64,000 bases of DNA from the sequence record PZ386971.1; one strand, 5' to 3'. The notes under the pieces are model-generated. The model made no database searches. It was not told where the DNA came from and saw only the letters and a list, made by a program, of their open reading frames with translations. Source of the stretch: a phage. Below are positions 44,688-52,845 of this stretch, one piece after another; within the stretch, counting starts at the first letter, position 1, and the number at the start of each line of letters is the position of its first letter. The position numbers and the translations under genes were made by a program.

Positions 44688-45241
44688 TCACAGCAGGACA
44701 TATCAAAAGCCTGCTCGAACTCCAAAAGGCCACCAACGTGGCCTATTTTGGGGAAGAGTGGAAGAATGTATGGAGTCAGAACGCAGTCATCAACTCTATC
44801 TATCGTGAGTGGGCAGAGTTCCTTGATGAAACCACCCGTGACTGGAAGGTCTATGGCAACGACATCAGGTTTGACCATACGAACGCAGTTTATGAACTGG
44901 TGGACGTGGTACACTTCATGTTGTGCTTCATCCTTGTGGACCGCACCAAAGGTGAGATCGAAGAAGAAGAATTTGAAGTCCTTAGCAATCGCGAATTCAC
45001 CCCATCTGCTTTGGGTGTTGTAGGGCATCGCAATGTTACGTACCGCCTTGGGCAATTCATGAACGATCCTTGCGTTGAGACTCTCATGTTCTTCCTGTCG
45101 TCTGCGTGTTCTTATATGGAGATCGACATTGAGACTTACATGCTGGCACACAAACGCAAGAACGATCGCAATCGTCTGCGTGCTTCTGGTGGTGTGGATT
45201 ACGACAAGTCCGCAGAAACCCCTCTGACCCTGGAGTTCTAA
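44684..45241 (+). CDS. dNTP pyrophosphatase, T4 gp56 (dCTPase)/MazG-like; candidate dUTP/dTTPase
   Basis: ELVDVVHFMLCF matches gp56 ELVDIFHFVLNMF block. Confidence 0.6.
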   Translation: MITAGHIKSLLELQKATNVAYFGEEWKNVWSQNAVINSIYREWAEFLDETTRDWKVYGNDIRFDHTNAVYELVDVVHFMLCFILVDRTKGEIEEEEFEVLSNREFTPSALGVVGHRNVTYRLGQFMNDPCVETLMFFLSSACSYMEIDIETYMLAHKRKNDRNRLRASGGVDYDKSAETPLTLEF

Positions 45242-45783
45242 TGTTTACAGTCGTCGTTTCATACCATGCGGAGAACGCTGCTCAGGCATCCTCCAAATTC
45301 GCCGAGCACATCATCGGCGGCGGCCATAATGTATTCCTTACCGAATACAACAGGCCTGTTAAACCGGGCGACGGTCTTTCGGCGACTGTTACGCATAAGA
45401 TCGCCAGCGAGCAACCAGAGTCTCTGTTCAGAATGATCGAAGAGTATGCCAGTGGTGGCATCAAGATACCAGATGAACTGGTAGACGTCTATTTCGAAGG
45501 CTCGATCTATTACATCCACGCTATGCCAAAGGATATAACCATTGAACAGATGATGTATATCCTGAATATAGCACTGAACACTGCGTGCATCAACCGCACG
45601 AACTACAACAATCTGCGCAATATGTACCTAACCGACCGGCATAATGACGCATCGTCACTTGTTGAGACAATGTCCCTGAAGAGCATCCAAGAGGCGGTTA
45701 ACATTTTGTCCCAGAAGGTTATGGGTGTAGACTTACTAACGACGATTAACAACAAAGAGGAAGTGAAATGGCCAGTTCATTAA
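45241..45783 (+). CDS. hypothetical protein (180 aa)
   Basis: ATG coupled to upstream stop (TAATG). Confidence 0.5.
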   Translation: MFTVVVSYHAENAAQASSKFAEHIIGGGHNVFLTEYNRPVKPGDGLSATVTHKIASEQPESLFRMIEEYASGGIKIPDELVDVYFEGSIYYIHAMPKDITIEQMMYILNIALNTACINRTNYNNLRNMYLTDRHNDASSLVETMSLKSIQEAVNILSQKVMGVDLLTTINNKEEVKWPVH

Positions 45784-46853
45784 TGGACCGCATGCTGAAG
45801 GTTGCTAAGAAACACGATGACCAGGCTTCAGTGCTGTCCCAATCAGACGCTCTGGAACCGTCTATCATCTGTTCTACTGGTATTCCCCTGATCGACATCG
45901 CATGGTCTGGGCGTATTGACGGCGGTCTGATCTCCGGTATCAAGATGATGGTGGGTGATTCCCGTACCTTCAAAACGATGTTCGGCCTGGTCGATGTCAA
46001 GGCGTACATGGACAAGTTCCCTGATGCTATCTGCGTCTTTGCGGACTCAGAAAAGGGTGCCAACGCAGATTACTGGACCTCTATGGATATTGACATGGAC
46101 CGCGTCCTGTACGTACCGATCGACAACGTTGAACAGACCAAGATCCGCTTGCTACAGATCCTACAGGAAGTCAAGAAAGGCGACCATGTTATTGTCTTCA
46201 TCGACTCTATCAGCCAACTTCCCTCCACCAAGGAAGTTGAAGATGCGATCAAAGGGAACGACACTCAAGACATGACCCGCGCCCGTGCCCTCAACAGCTT
46301 CTGGCGTGTCATGACTCCTGAAATCAACAGCAAAAATCTCGTGTGTGTTTGGATCAACTCCTATTACGATGAGATCGGCAACCAGTATGCCGAGCCCAAC
46401 ATCAAAGGCGGCAAGCAGGGCTTCTTATCCTCCAACTTGATCTGGTTTATCACCCGTTCTCAGGTGAAGGAAGACAAAGATCTGCTGGGCTGGAACTTCA
46501 ACATAAGCATCATGAAAGGTCGCCATGTCAAAGAGAAAGCCAAGCTCCCTGTGACGGTACTGTACAACGGTGGTATTGATCGCTGGAGCGGCCTGCTTGA
46601 GATCGCTCGTGCTCTGGGTTATGTTGATATGCCGTCTTCCGGCTGGTATGTGCGTACAGCCAAGGGTGGTTTCGATCCTGAGAAGGAAAAGAAATATCAG
46701 AAGCGCCAGATGGGTGATGATTTCTGGTATCCGCTGCTGGAGAATGTCAACTTCGCCGATGACGTGAAGAAAATGTTCGGTGTTTCTAACGGTACTGTTA
46801 TGCCTGCTAACATGCTGGAGCAAATGGACCATGTTATTAACACAAGCGAATAA
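45768..46853 (+). CDS. uvsX: recombinase UvsX (RecA-like)
   Basis: Colinear with recalled T4 UvsX (GIPLIDIAWSG, DMTRARALNSFWRVMTP, GGIDRWSGLLEIA). Confidence 0.9.
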   Translation: MASSLMDRMLKVAKKHDDQASVLSQSDALEPSIICSTGIPLIDIAWSGRIDGGLISGIKMMVGDSRTFKTMFGLVDVKAYMDKFPDAICVFADSEKGANADYWTSMDIDMDRVLYVPIDNVEQTKIRLLQILQEVKKGDHVIVFIDSISQLPSTKEVEDAIKGNDTQDMTRARALNSFWRVMTPEINSKNLVCVWINSYYDEIGNQYAEPNIKGGKQGFLSSNLIWFITRSQVKEDKDLLGWNFNISIMKGRHVKEKAKLPVTVLYNGGIDRWSGLLEIARALGYVDMPSSGWYVRTAKGGFDPEKEKKYQKRQMGDDFWYPLLENVNFADDVKKMFGVSNGTVMPANMLEQMDHVINTSE

Positions 46854-47160
46854 TAGTGGAGGGGGAGGAGACTCCCCCAATAACTACACAATCATCGACC
46901 CTGGTGCTGATCAGCTGGCGATCATCAAGATCACTTCTGGCAAATTCCGTGGTGTTCAATTCCGGTTCGGCAAGGTGGCTATTAACGAAGTGGACGGCGA
47001 ACCCCGCCTGTCTTTCGTGACTGATATATTGAAGAAACCATTGCGTCTGATGTTTGTGAATTTGAAAGAAAATGACTTGTTCACTGAGGTATCAGGGGAT
47101 ATCCTTGTAGACCTCATGCAGCGTAATGCTCAGGAATATAATAAATTTTTGGTGGGGTAG
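46831..47160 (+). CDS. hypothetical small protein (start uncertain)
   Basis: Frame open through UvsX 3' end; first in-frame ATG 46831; track ORF starts at GTG 46780. Confidence 0.3.
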   Translation: MLLTQANNSGGGGDSPNNYTIIDPGADQLAIIKITSGKFRGVQFRFGKVAINEVDGEPRLSFVTDILKKPLRLMFVNLKENDLFTEVSGDILVDLMQRNAQEYNKFLVG

Positions 47161-47166
47161 TGGCCA

Positions 47167-48591
47167 ATGTTACTCGAATCTGTCGTGCTTTCACAGTTGA
47201 TTTACAATGAAGATTACCAAAGAAAGATCCTGCCGTACCTGAAAGCCGATTATTTTGACAACGAAGGCGAAAAGGTCATCTTTGGCCTGATTGACAGTTA
47301 TACCTCAGAGTACAATGCCCGCCCGTCTGTCGAAGCACTATCTATCATTCTTGAACGGACAAAGTTGAACGAATATGTGTTTGACCAGGCAGTGACTGCC
47401 CTGGAGAACATCAACGACAACACCTTCAATGAAGAGTGGCTGGCGAAGGAAACCGAGGCTTGGGCGCGGCAAAAAGCCGTACACAACGCAATCAAGACCG
47501 CCGTCAACATCTACGGTGACGAGAAGCGCAAGGACGAGATGAACAACATCCCGACCATGTTGCAGGAAGCCCTGGCTATCCGGTTTGATTCATACCTCGG
47601 TCACATCTATTGGGAGATGGCGGCAGAGCAGTATGACCACATGAACTCCAACGAGGCCAAGATCCCGTTCGCAGTTGAGATCTTCAATAAGGCGACACGT
47701 GGTGGCGTTGGTAAGAAGACACTGAACATCGTAACAGGTGCGATCAACGCAGGTAAGACCACAACGCTGATTGACCTGACCGCAGGGTACTCGGAGCAGG
47801 GGCTGAACGTCTTTGTCTTCACCCTTGAAGTGGCCGAGAACGTCTGGCGACACCGTCTTGATGCCCGTATCATGCGTCGCGACTTTGAGTCTTTAGAGAA
47901 ACTCACAAGGCACGAGTATATTGCAACGATAGAGAAGCTCCGCAGTCGCCAAGATGGTGCGCCCAAGGGTGATATCGTCATCAAGGAATATCCTTCTGGT
48001 ACTGGACACACGGGTTTATTCCGCCGCGATATCCTTGAGTACATCCAGGCAACAGGTCGTGCTCCTGATGTTATCGTTATTGACTATCTTGGCGAAGCTG
48101 CTTCCTCGCGCCTGCCTTCCCACCTGATGCAGAACACGAACGTCTATTACACGTCTGTGGCTCGTGAGTTTCGTGCGCTGGGATTTGAGTTTGATGTCCC
48201 TGTATGGACTGGTATGCAGTTCAATCGTGAGAATCAGAATAGCACTGATGGTGGAATCAGTGATCTGGCAGATGCTATCGGTATTCCGAAGGTGGCCGAC
48301 TTCATCATGGCATTCTATGCTCCTGACGAACTGGCGGCGGTCAAGAAAGCCCGAGCCTCAATACTCAAGAACCGTTATGCCAACAAGCAGAAGCTGAAGT
48401 CATTCCTGTTTGGTATGGACCAAGACAAACAGATCCTGTTTGACCTGGACTGGAACGAAGTTAAGAAGGATCTGACTGAGGCTGAGGCCAAATATGTCGA
48501 AAACGTACACATCAAACATGACCTCAACAAGTCCGGGGCTGCTGCCAGCGATGAGCAGAAAGCCCAAACAGTCAATAATTGGAAATTCTAG
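47167..48591 (+). CDS. replicative DNA helicase, T4 gp41/DnaB-like
   Basis: Walker A GAINAGKTT and DnaB-family architecture. Confidence 0.85.
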   Translation: MLLESVVLSQLIYNEDYQRKILPYLKADYFDNEGEKVIFGLIDSYTSEYNARPSVEALSIILERTKLNEYVFDQAVTALENINDNTFNEEWLAKETEAWARQKAVHNAIKTAVNIYGDEKRKDEMNNIPTMLQEALAIRFDSYLGHIYWEMAAEQYDHMNSNEAKIPFAVEIFNKATRGGVGKKTLNIVTGAINAGKTTTLIDLTAGYSEQGLNVFVFTLEVAENVWRHRLDARIMRRDFESLEKLTRHEYIATIEKLRSRQDGAPKGDIVIKEYPSGTGHTGLFRRDILEYIQATGRAPDVIVIDYLGEAASSRLPSHLMQNTNVYYTSVAREFRALGFEFDVPVWTGMQFNRENQNSTDGGISDLADAIGIPKVADFIMAFYAPDELAAVKKARASILKNRYANKQKLKSFLFGMDQDKQILFDLDWNEVKKDLTEAEAKYVENVHIKHDLNKSGAAASDEQKAQTVNNWKF

Positions 48592-48603
48592 GCAATTCAA
48601 TAA

Positions 48604-48632
48604 AGCGGGTCATAGGGTATAATTCTATGATC
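48604..48632 (+). promoter_or_regulatory. sigma70-like promoter TTCAAT-N16-TATAAT
   Basis: Hexamers with 16-nt spacing upstream of 48656. Confidence 0.4.
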
Positions 48633-48655
48633 TGAATGTAAACCAGGAGCACATC

Positions 48656-48991
48656 ATGTCACACAATGATTTTATGGCTGGCCTGGTGCAGGCCGCCAAA
48701 CAGGTGTGCCACACCAAACAAGCGATTGAGCTGAGTCCGGAGCAGACTCTGGAGTTCTTCAACAATCGTAAAATCTGGGAGGAATATGGAATTGGTATGA
48801 TATGCCAAGAGGGTGAACTCGTACAGCTGGATCTGCCGTCATTCCCCCTTCCAGTGCGCACTAACACAGTGGAATGGTATACGACGGAAGATGGTGTAGA
48901 GATCATCCCGAAGTTCCAGTATCACTCCATCGTAAACTTCTTTTTACGCCGTTGCGGGACTAATCTGATCCCACAAGGTATGAGATCCTAA
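48656..48991 (+). CDS. hypothetical protein (111 aa)
   Basis: ATG with AGGAG RBS. Confidence 0.45.
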   Translation: MSHNDFMAGLVQAAKQVCHTKQAIELSPEQTLEFFNNRKIWEEYGIGMICQEGELVQLDLPSFPLPVRTNTVEWYTTEDGVEIIPKFQYHSIVNFFLRRCGTNLIPQGMRS

Positions 48992-49006
48992 CAAGAGGAA
49001 CACCAA

Positions 49007-49321
49007 ATGTCTGTAGAACAAATCGGTTTTTATGTACTACCTTCTGATCCTGAATCCCGTCGCAAGCTGATAGGTGCGATTGAAAACTGTCGTGCCGCCC
49101 AGGTCCGCATCAAGTCGGAACAGACTTTCATTACTGAGACTCTGGCCGAGCTGGCGAAAGAGACGGGCATCAAGGCCAGCGACCTGCGCAAGGTTGTATC
49201 CGACCGCGCCAATGGAACTTACCATAAGACGATCGAAACGAGCGAGAAATATCAAGACTTGTACGAGTCTCTATTCCCGAACGCCAAGCCCGATCGAGAT
49301 CCGAATGCCAGTGGCGAATAA
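49007..49321 (+). CDS. hypothetical protein (104 aa)
   Basis: ATG with AAGAGGAA RBS. Confidence 0.45.
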   Translation: MSVEQIGFYVLPSDPESRRKLIGAIENCRAAQVRIKSEQTFITETLAELAKETGIKASDLRKVVSDRANGTYHKTIETSEKYQDLYESLFPNAKPDRDPNASGE

Positions 49322-49329
49322 GTCAATAG

Positions 49330-49360
49330 AACACCAAGAAGCCCAGTCAAGTACTGGGCT
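49330..49360 (+). terminator. rho-independent terminator (AGCCCAGT ... ACTGGGCT TTTT)
   Basis: Perfect stem plus T run. Confidence 0.7.
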
Positions 49361-49376
49361 TTTTAACTTCAATAAC

Positions 49377-49405
49377 TTTACTTTCAAGAAATAATCGCCT
49401 AATAT
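49377..49405 (+). promoter_or_regulatory. early promoter TTTACT-N17-TAATAT
   Basis: Promoter family member. Confidence 0.5.
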
Positions 49406-49436
49406 TTAATCTGTATTGAAGAGTTACAACTACATC

Positions 49437-50642
49437 ATGAGGCTGGAAATGAACGTCAAAACATTCAATATTCCGATCGACAATGAAGGGTTGGTAGTTG
49501 AGCGACTGAAGAAGCTCGAGCGCACTGCCGAAAGGTTGGGTGTTCCGTTTCCGACTGTGACTTATGGTGAACCCTTCAAAACCCACACCCGCGACTTCAC
49601 TGGTGAGATCCTTACTCACTGGTGGAAACCTGTTACTCTCGAAGGCGAAGGCATTGACCGCCCCGTCTCTTATGGTGGCTGGAAGATCATCGGTCAGTTC
49701 AATCACGAATATCCAAAGGTTATTCTTAACCGCCTGTCCGACAACATCAATCCTGACTTCATCCGTCACTTCGAGACAGAGAACGTCTCTTGGTGTCAGC
49801 ATTGCAATCTAGTCATCCGTCGCAAGAACACGTATGTGATTGAAAATGAGGAAACGCATACCCAGATGCTGATTGGTAGCACCTGTATGCATCATTATGT
49901 GCCTCATCAGAAGTCCCTTGACGCGATTATGTCTTACTATCTGGAAATCCAAGAGTTCTTCATGCCAGACGAGGACGACCCAGAGGGTATATATCGCGTC
50001 CAAAATGAGCGCTTCGTCGACACCCACAGTTTCCTGCGCGCATGCTTCCAGGTGATGCTAGCAGGCGTGGATATCAAGTCTGAACTGTTTGACAAAGTAC
50101 TGGGCTATGTCCGGTCTCATCAGAAACCAAAAGCAGGTTCCGATGAAGAGTATTTCGTAAACAAGGCACACGAATACCGTGAAGATGCCGAGTCGGAAAT
50201 GTACCATATGAAGCTTTTCATCAGTGCGCTGTCCGAATCTAATGAGTTCAATGTTCGCCTGAAACGCATGTGTGAACCCGGCTATCACCTCATCAAGGAT
50301 AACAACACAGTCCGCTGGGGTGCCAAGAAGTATTACGATTACATCCATCGTCCTCGTACTGACCGCAAGGCGGAGAACAAATGGGTGGGTGAAGTCGGTG
50401 AAATGCTGGAAGTGCAAGTCAGGTTCGACAAGCGCACCTTCCTCTTCTCCAATGAATATGGTGATAGCTACCTGTTTACTTTCAAAACAGCAGAAGGCAA
50501 TACAATTACCTGGAAGACCTCTTATATGGATACAGAGTTCTTGCAGGGTGATATGATCATCCGTGGTCGTGTTAAAGAACTGACTGAGTACAACGGCGTT
50601 AAACAAACTCAGGTCACCAGAGCTAAATTGAGGAAGTTATGA
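49437..50642 (+). CDS. hypothetical protein (401 aa) with Cys/His cluster
   Basis: ATG after conserved leader ACTACATCATG; CQHC ... CMHH. Confidence 0.5.
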   Translation: MRLEMNVKTFNIPIDNEGLVVERLKKLERTAERLGVPFPTVTYGEPFKTHTRDFTGEILTHWWKPVTLEGEGIDRPVSYGGWKIIGQFNHEYPKVILNRLSDNINPDFIRHFETENVSWCQHCNLVIRRKNTYVIENEETHTQMLIGSTCMHHYVPHQKSLDAIMSYYLEIQEFFMPDEDDPEGIYRVQNERFVDTHSFLRACFQVMLAGVDIKSELFDKVLGYVRSHQKPKAGSDEEYFVNKAHEYREDAESEMYHMKLFISALSESNEFNVRLKRMCEPGYHLIKDNNTVRWGAKKYYDYIHRPRTDRKAENKWVGEVGEMLEVQVRFDKRTFLFSNEYGDSYLFTFKTAEGNTITWKTSYMDTEFLQGDMIIRGRVKELTEYNGVKQTQVTRAKLRKL

Positions 50643-50755
50643 ATTTGATTGAGTTTGTTCTGAAGTCGTTCGCCTTCGGTCTGATAGCATGTGGGATGAT
50701 TACAGCTATGCTTCTCATCATAGCCCTGGTCATCCCCTTTAAGAGGAAACGTTGA
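50639..50755 (+). CDS. small membrane peptide (38 aa, not in ORF track)
   Basis: ATGA coupling, GAGGAAG RBS, hydrophobic core. Confidence 0.35.
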   Translation: MNLIEFVLKSFAFGLIACGMITAMLLIIALVIPFKRKR

Positions 50756-50967
50756 TGGAATGTTCATGCGGAGGGCAGGGCACAAGTGCTTACCTGCCAT
50801 TCACCACTGTGAAGGAAGCCGAAGCCGCTGGATTTGCCGTGGACAAGGCTCCCTGTGTAATCGCCACGAAGGATTGCCCGTGCTGTAAGAGGCACTCTCA
50901 GGACGTCTTCTACGCTCCTGATGCGCGTCCGGCTACGGTCAACCTACTCTCATTGATGAGGAAGTGA
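50755..50967 (+). CDS. Cys-rich small protein (70 aa)
   Basis: CSCGG ... CVIATKDCPCC; ATG overlapping upstream stop. Confidence 0.4.
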   Translation: MECSCGGQGTSAYLPFTTVKEAEAAGFAVDKAPCVIATKDCPCCKRHSQDVFYAPDARPATVNLLSLMRK

Positions 50968-51197
50968 CATGCGCAAGTATTTCAACTGGCTGTTGGCAAG
51001 CCCCTGAGCACCGAAATCCGTTGTCTGATAGATGCGATCGATGTTGAAATGGAATGGCGAGCGCCGGATTAATCGCACAAAGGCTCAGGCCGAAATTAAA
51101 ATCGTGAAGAAGTCCACAAGGCTCTGGGTTTCATAACAAATAATTCAATAAACTATTCACCCATATAATACATGGGAACTTACAGAAGGAACAGACC

Positions 51198-51539
51198 ATG
51201 ACTACACTCGTAGAAACATTATTCCCAGGCTGCGTGCTTGGGCGCGGTGGATCCGAAGCCAACGGGCTACCGATTGACGTCGAACCTCAGAACTGTGTTA
51301 TTGTTGACAAGTTTCACGACAACCACTATGCCCTGAACAATCGTCGTGACCACTATCTTGTTTCCGTAGGAGATTCTTTGGTCAGTCTGCGCATCTGCAA
51401 GGCTATGCCAGGATCCGGCTATGGAGCATTCGCCTATATTCACAGCGTGTCAAATGACAAGCTGGGTAAAGAAGCCCTGGTTGAAAAATTCAAGAGTTGG
51501 AAGGATTCTTTCACCTCAATTGAACCCCCGAAGAAATAA
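51198..51539 (+). CDS. hypothetical protein (113 aa)
   Basis: ATG with AGAAGGAA RBS. Confidence 0.45.
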   Translation: MTTLVETLFPGCVLGRGGSEANGLPIDVEPQNCVIVDKFHDNHYALNNRRDHYLVSVGDSLVSLRICKAMPGSGYGAFAYIHSVSNDKLGKEALVEKFKSWKDSFTSIEPPKK

Positions 51540-51556
51540 CTGAGGACTACACACTG

Positions 51557-52165
51557 ATGTCACTGAAAAACTTACTGAAACGCATCTTCACCACTGTTGA
51601 AGCTAACGTCACCGCAGGTCTGGATAAACTGACCGACACCGAAAAGCGCCTGAACCTGGCTGCTCGCAAGCTGTCTGACGAAATCCGTCGCCTGGAGGAA
51701 GCCCGTGTCACCAACGTCCGCAACGGCGTCAAGCTGAAGAAGACCGCAGAACAGAACCTAAGTGAAGCCGCCAAGCGCGAAGAAGTTCTGAAGGACGCCA
51801 TCGCTCGTGGTGTCACACCAACCCGCGCCGACGCCCTGATTATTCTGCATCGCCGCCGTATCGGTGAAGCCCTGTTGGCTCAGGTGAAGGACATCGAAGC
51901 AAGCAGCGACAAACTGAACGGTGCGATCATCCAGCTGGGTGACAAACTGGACGAAGTCAAGTCCAATCTCGAGCTGGTTCGTGTTCAGAAAGAGACGAAC
52001 GACCTGGGTCTGGTGCTCCCTGAAGATATCGATTATGCCGCTGGTATGACCACCATCGATATCGATGCCATCCTGCGCGAAACCGAAATCGCTGATTCGA
52101 GCTACTCCGCCAACAGCCCGTCGTCTATCGAAGCCGACAACTACCTCGCCAGCCTGAGCAAATAA
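51557..52165 (+). CDS. PspA/IM30 (phage shock protein A)-like coiled-coil protein
   Basis: N-terminus LKRIFTTVEANVTAGLDKLTD parallels PspA [21 protein letters not shown]; coiled-coil composition. Confidence 0.45.
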   Translation: MSLKNLLKRIFTTVEANVTAGLDKLTDTEKRLNLAARKLSDEIRRLEEARVTNVRNGVKLKKTAEQNLSEAAKREEVLKDAIARGVTPTRADALIILHRRRIGEALLAQVKDIEASSDKLNGAIIQLGDKLDEVKSNLELVRVQKETNDLGLVLPEDIDYAAGMTTIDIDAILRETEIADSSYSANSPSSIEADNYLASLSK

Positions 52166-52167
52166 CA

Positions 52168-52195
52168 TCAGAGGGGCTTATGCCCCTCTATCACT
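52168..52195 (+). terminator. hairpin terminator (AGAGGGGC-ttat-GCCCCTCT)
   Basis: Perfect 8-bp stem after stop. Confidence 0.55.
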
Positions 52196-52206
52196 TCGGG
52201 GATCTT

Positions 52207-52740
52207 ATGAACATTATTGATTCTTTCAACATACTCACTGGTGCTACTGCTTTCGTTCTTTTGTGTATTGGCAGTGCCTGGCTGAGAGGTCGACTGAAGA
52301 AACGGGAAGTCTTGAAGCGAGACCGTATTGACATCCACAAAATAATGCTGGATAGAACTTGCAAACATGGCCCCAGCGGTGACTTCCGTTTGTATTATTT
52401 GTCGGATGAAGTCACCCCTTCGGAATTCTTCAATTATGCGATGGCTGGGTTGCGATGGCCGGAGATAAACGGCGTTGTTCAGAAAACTGATTACGTGTAC
52501 GTGAATATGGCTTCCCTGAACAAGCACGGGGAACGCGACGATCTGCGGATGTGGTTCTTTGGAGGAGAGGAACAAGAAGAGTTTGTAAAAGAACTTGCTC
52601 TCTTGCTTAACACGTACGAAAAGGCTGGTTGCCCACCACTCGAGGTGGAAGAATCAGTAGAATCTATCGTGGCTCGCGCTCGTGGTGAAACCGTGGATCT
52701 ACTGAACAAATACGGCTTTGTCTGGGCGGAGGGTTCATGA
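52207..52740 (+). CDS. membrane-anchored protein (N-terminal TM helix, 177 aa)
   Basis: ATG 52207 preferred over 52180, which lies inside the terminator hairpin. Confidence 0.45.
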   Translation: MNIIDSFNILTGATAFVLLCIGSAWLRGRLKKREVLKRDRIDIHKIMLDRTCKHGPSGDFRLYYLSDEVTPSEFFNYAMAGLRWPEINGVVQKTDYVYVNMASLNKHGERDDLRMWFFGGEEQEEFVKELALLLNTYEKAGCPPLEVEESVESIVARARGETVDLLNKYGFVWAEGS

Positions 52741-52845
52741 TGGATACAGAAGTCATTATCAGCCAAGCAAGATCCCACACCCGCCAATAATCTATTGAAG
52801 TCCCCAGGGTTATAATAGCAGCACATATAACCCTGGAGACACCGC

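Noticed and set aside
46780-46830. GTG start inside uvsX for the downstream ORF
   Set aside because: 74-nt overlap with uvsX and no RBS; the ORF track evidently accepts GTG/TTG starts, so the first position is not reliable
52180-52206. Upstream ATG proposed by the ORF track as start of the 52180..52740 gene
   Set aside because: The ATG lies inside the terminator stem AGAGGGGC ... GCCCCTCT; the downstream ATG at 52207 follows the hairpin and encodes the same protein beginning at the TM helix
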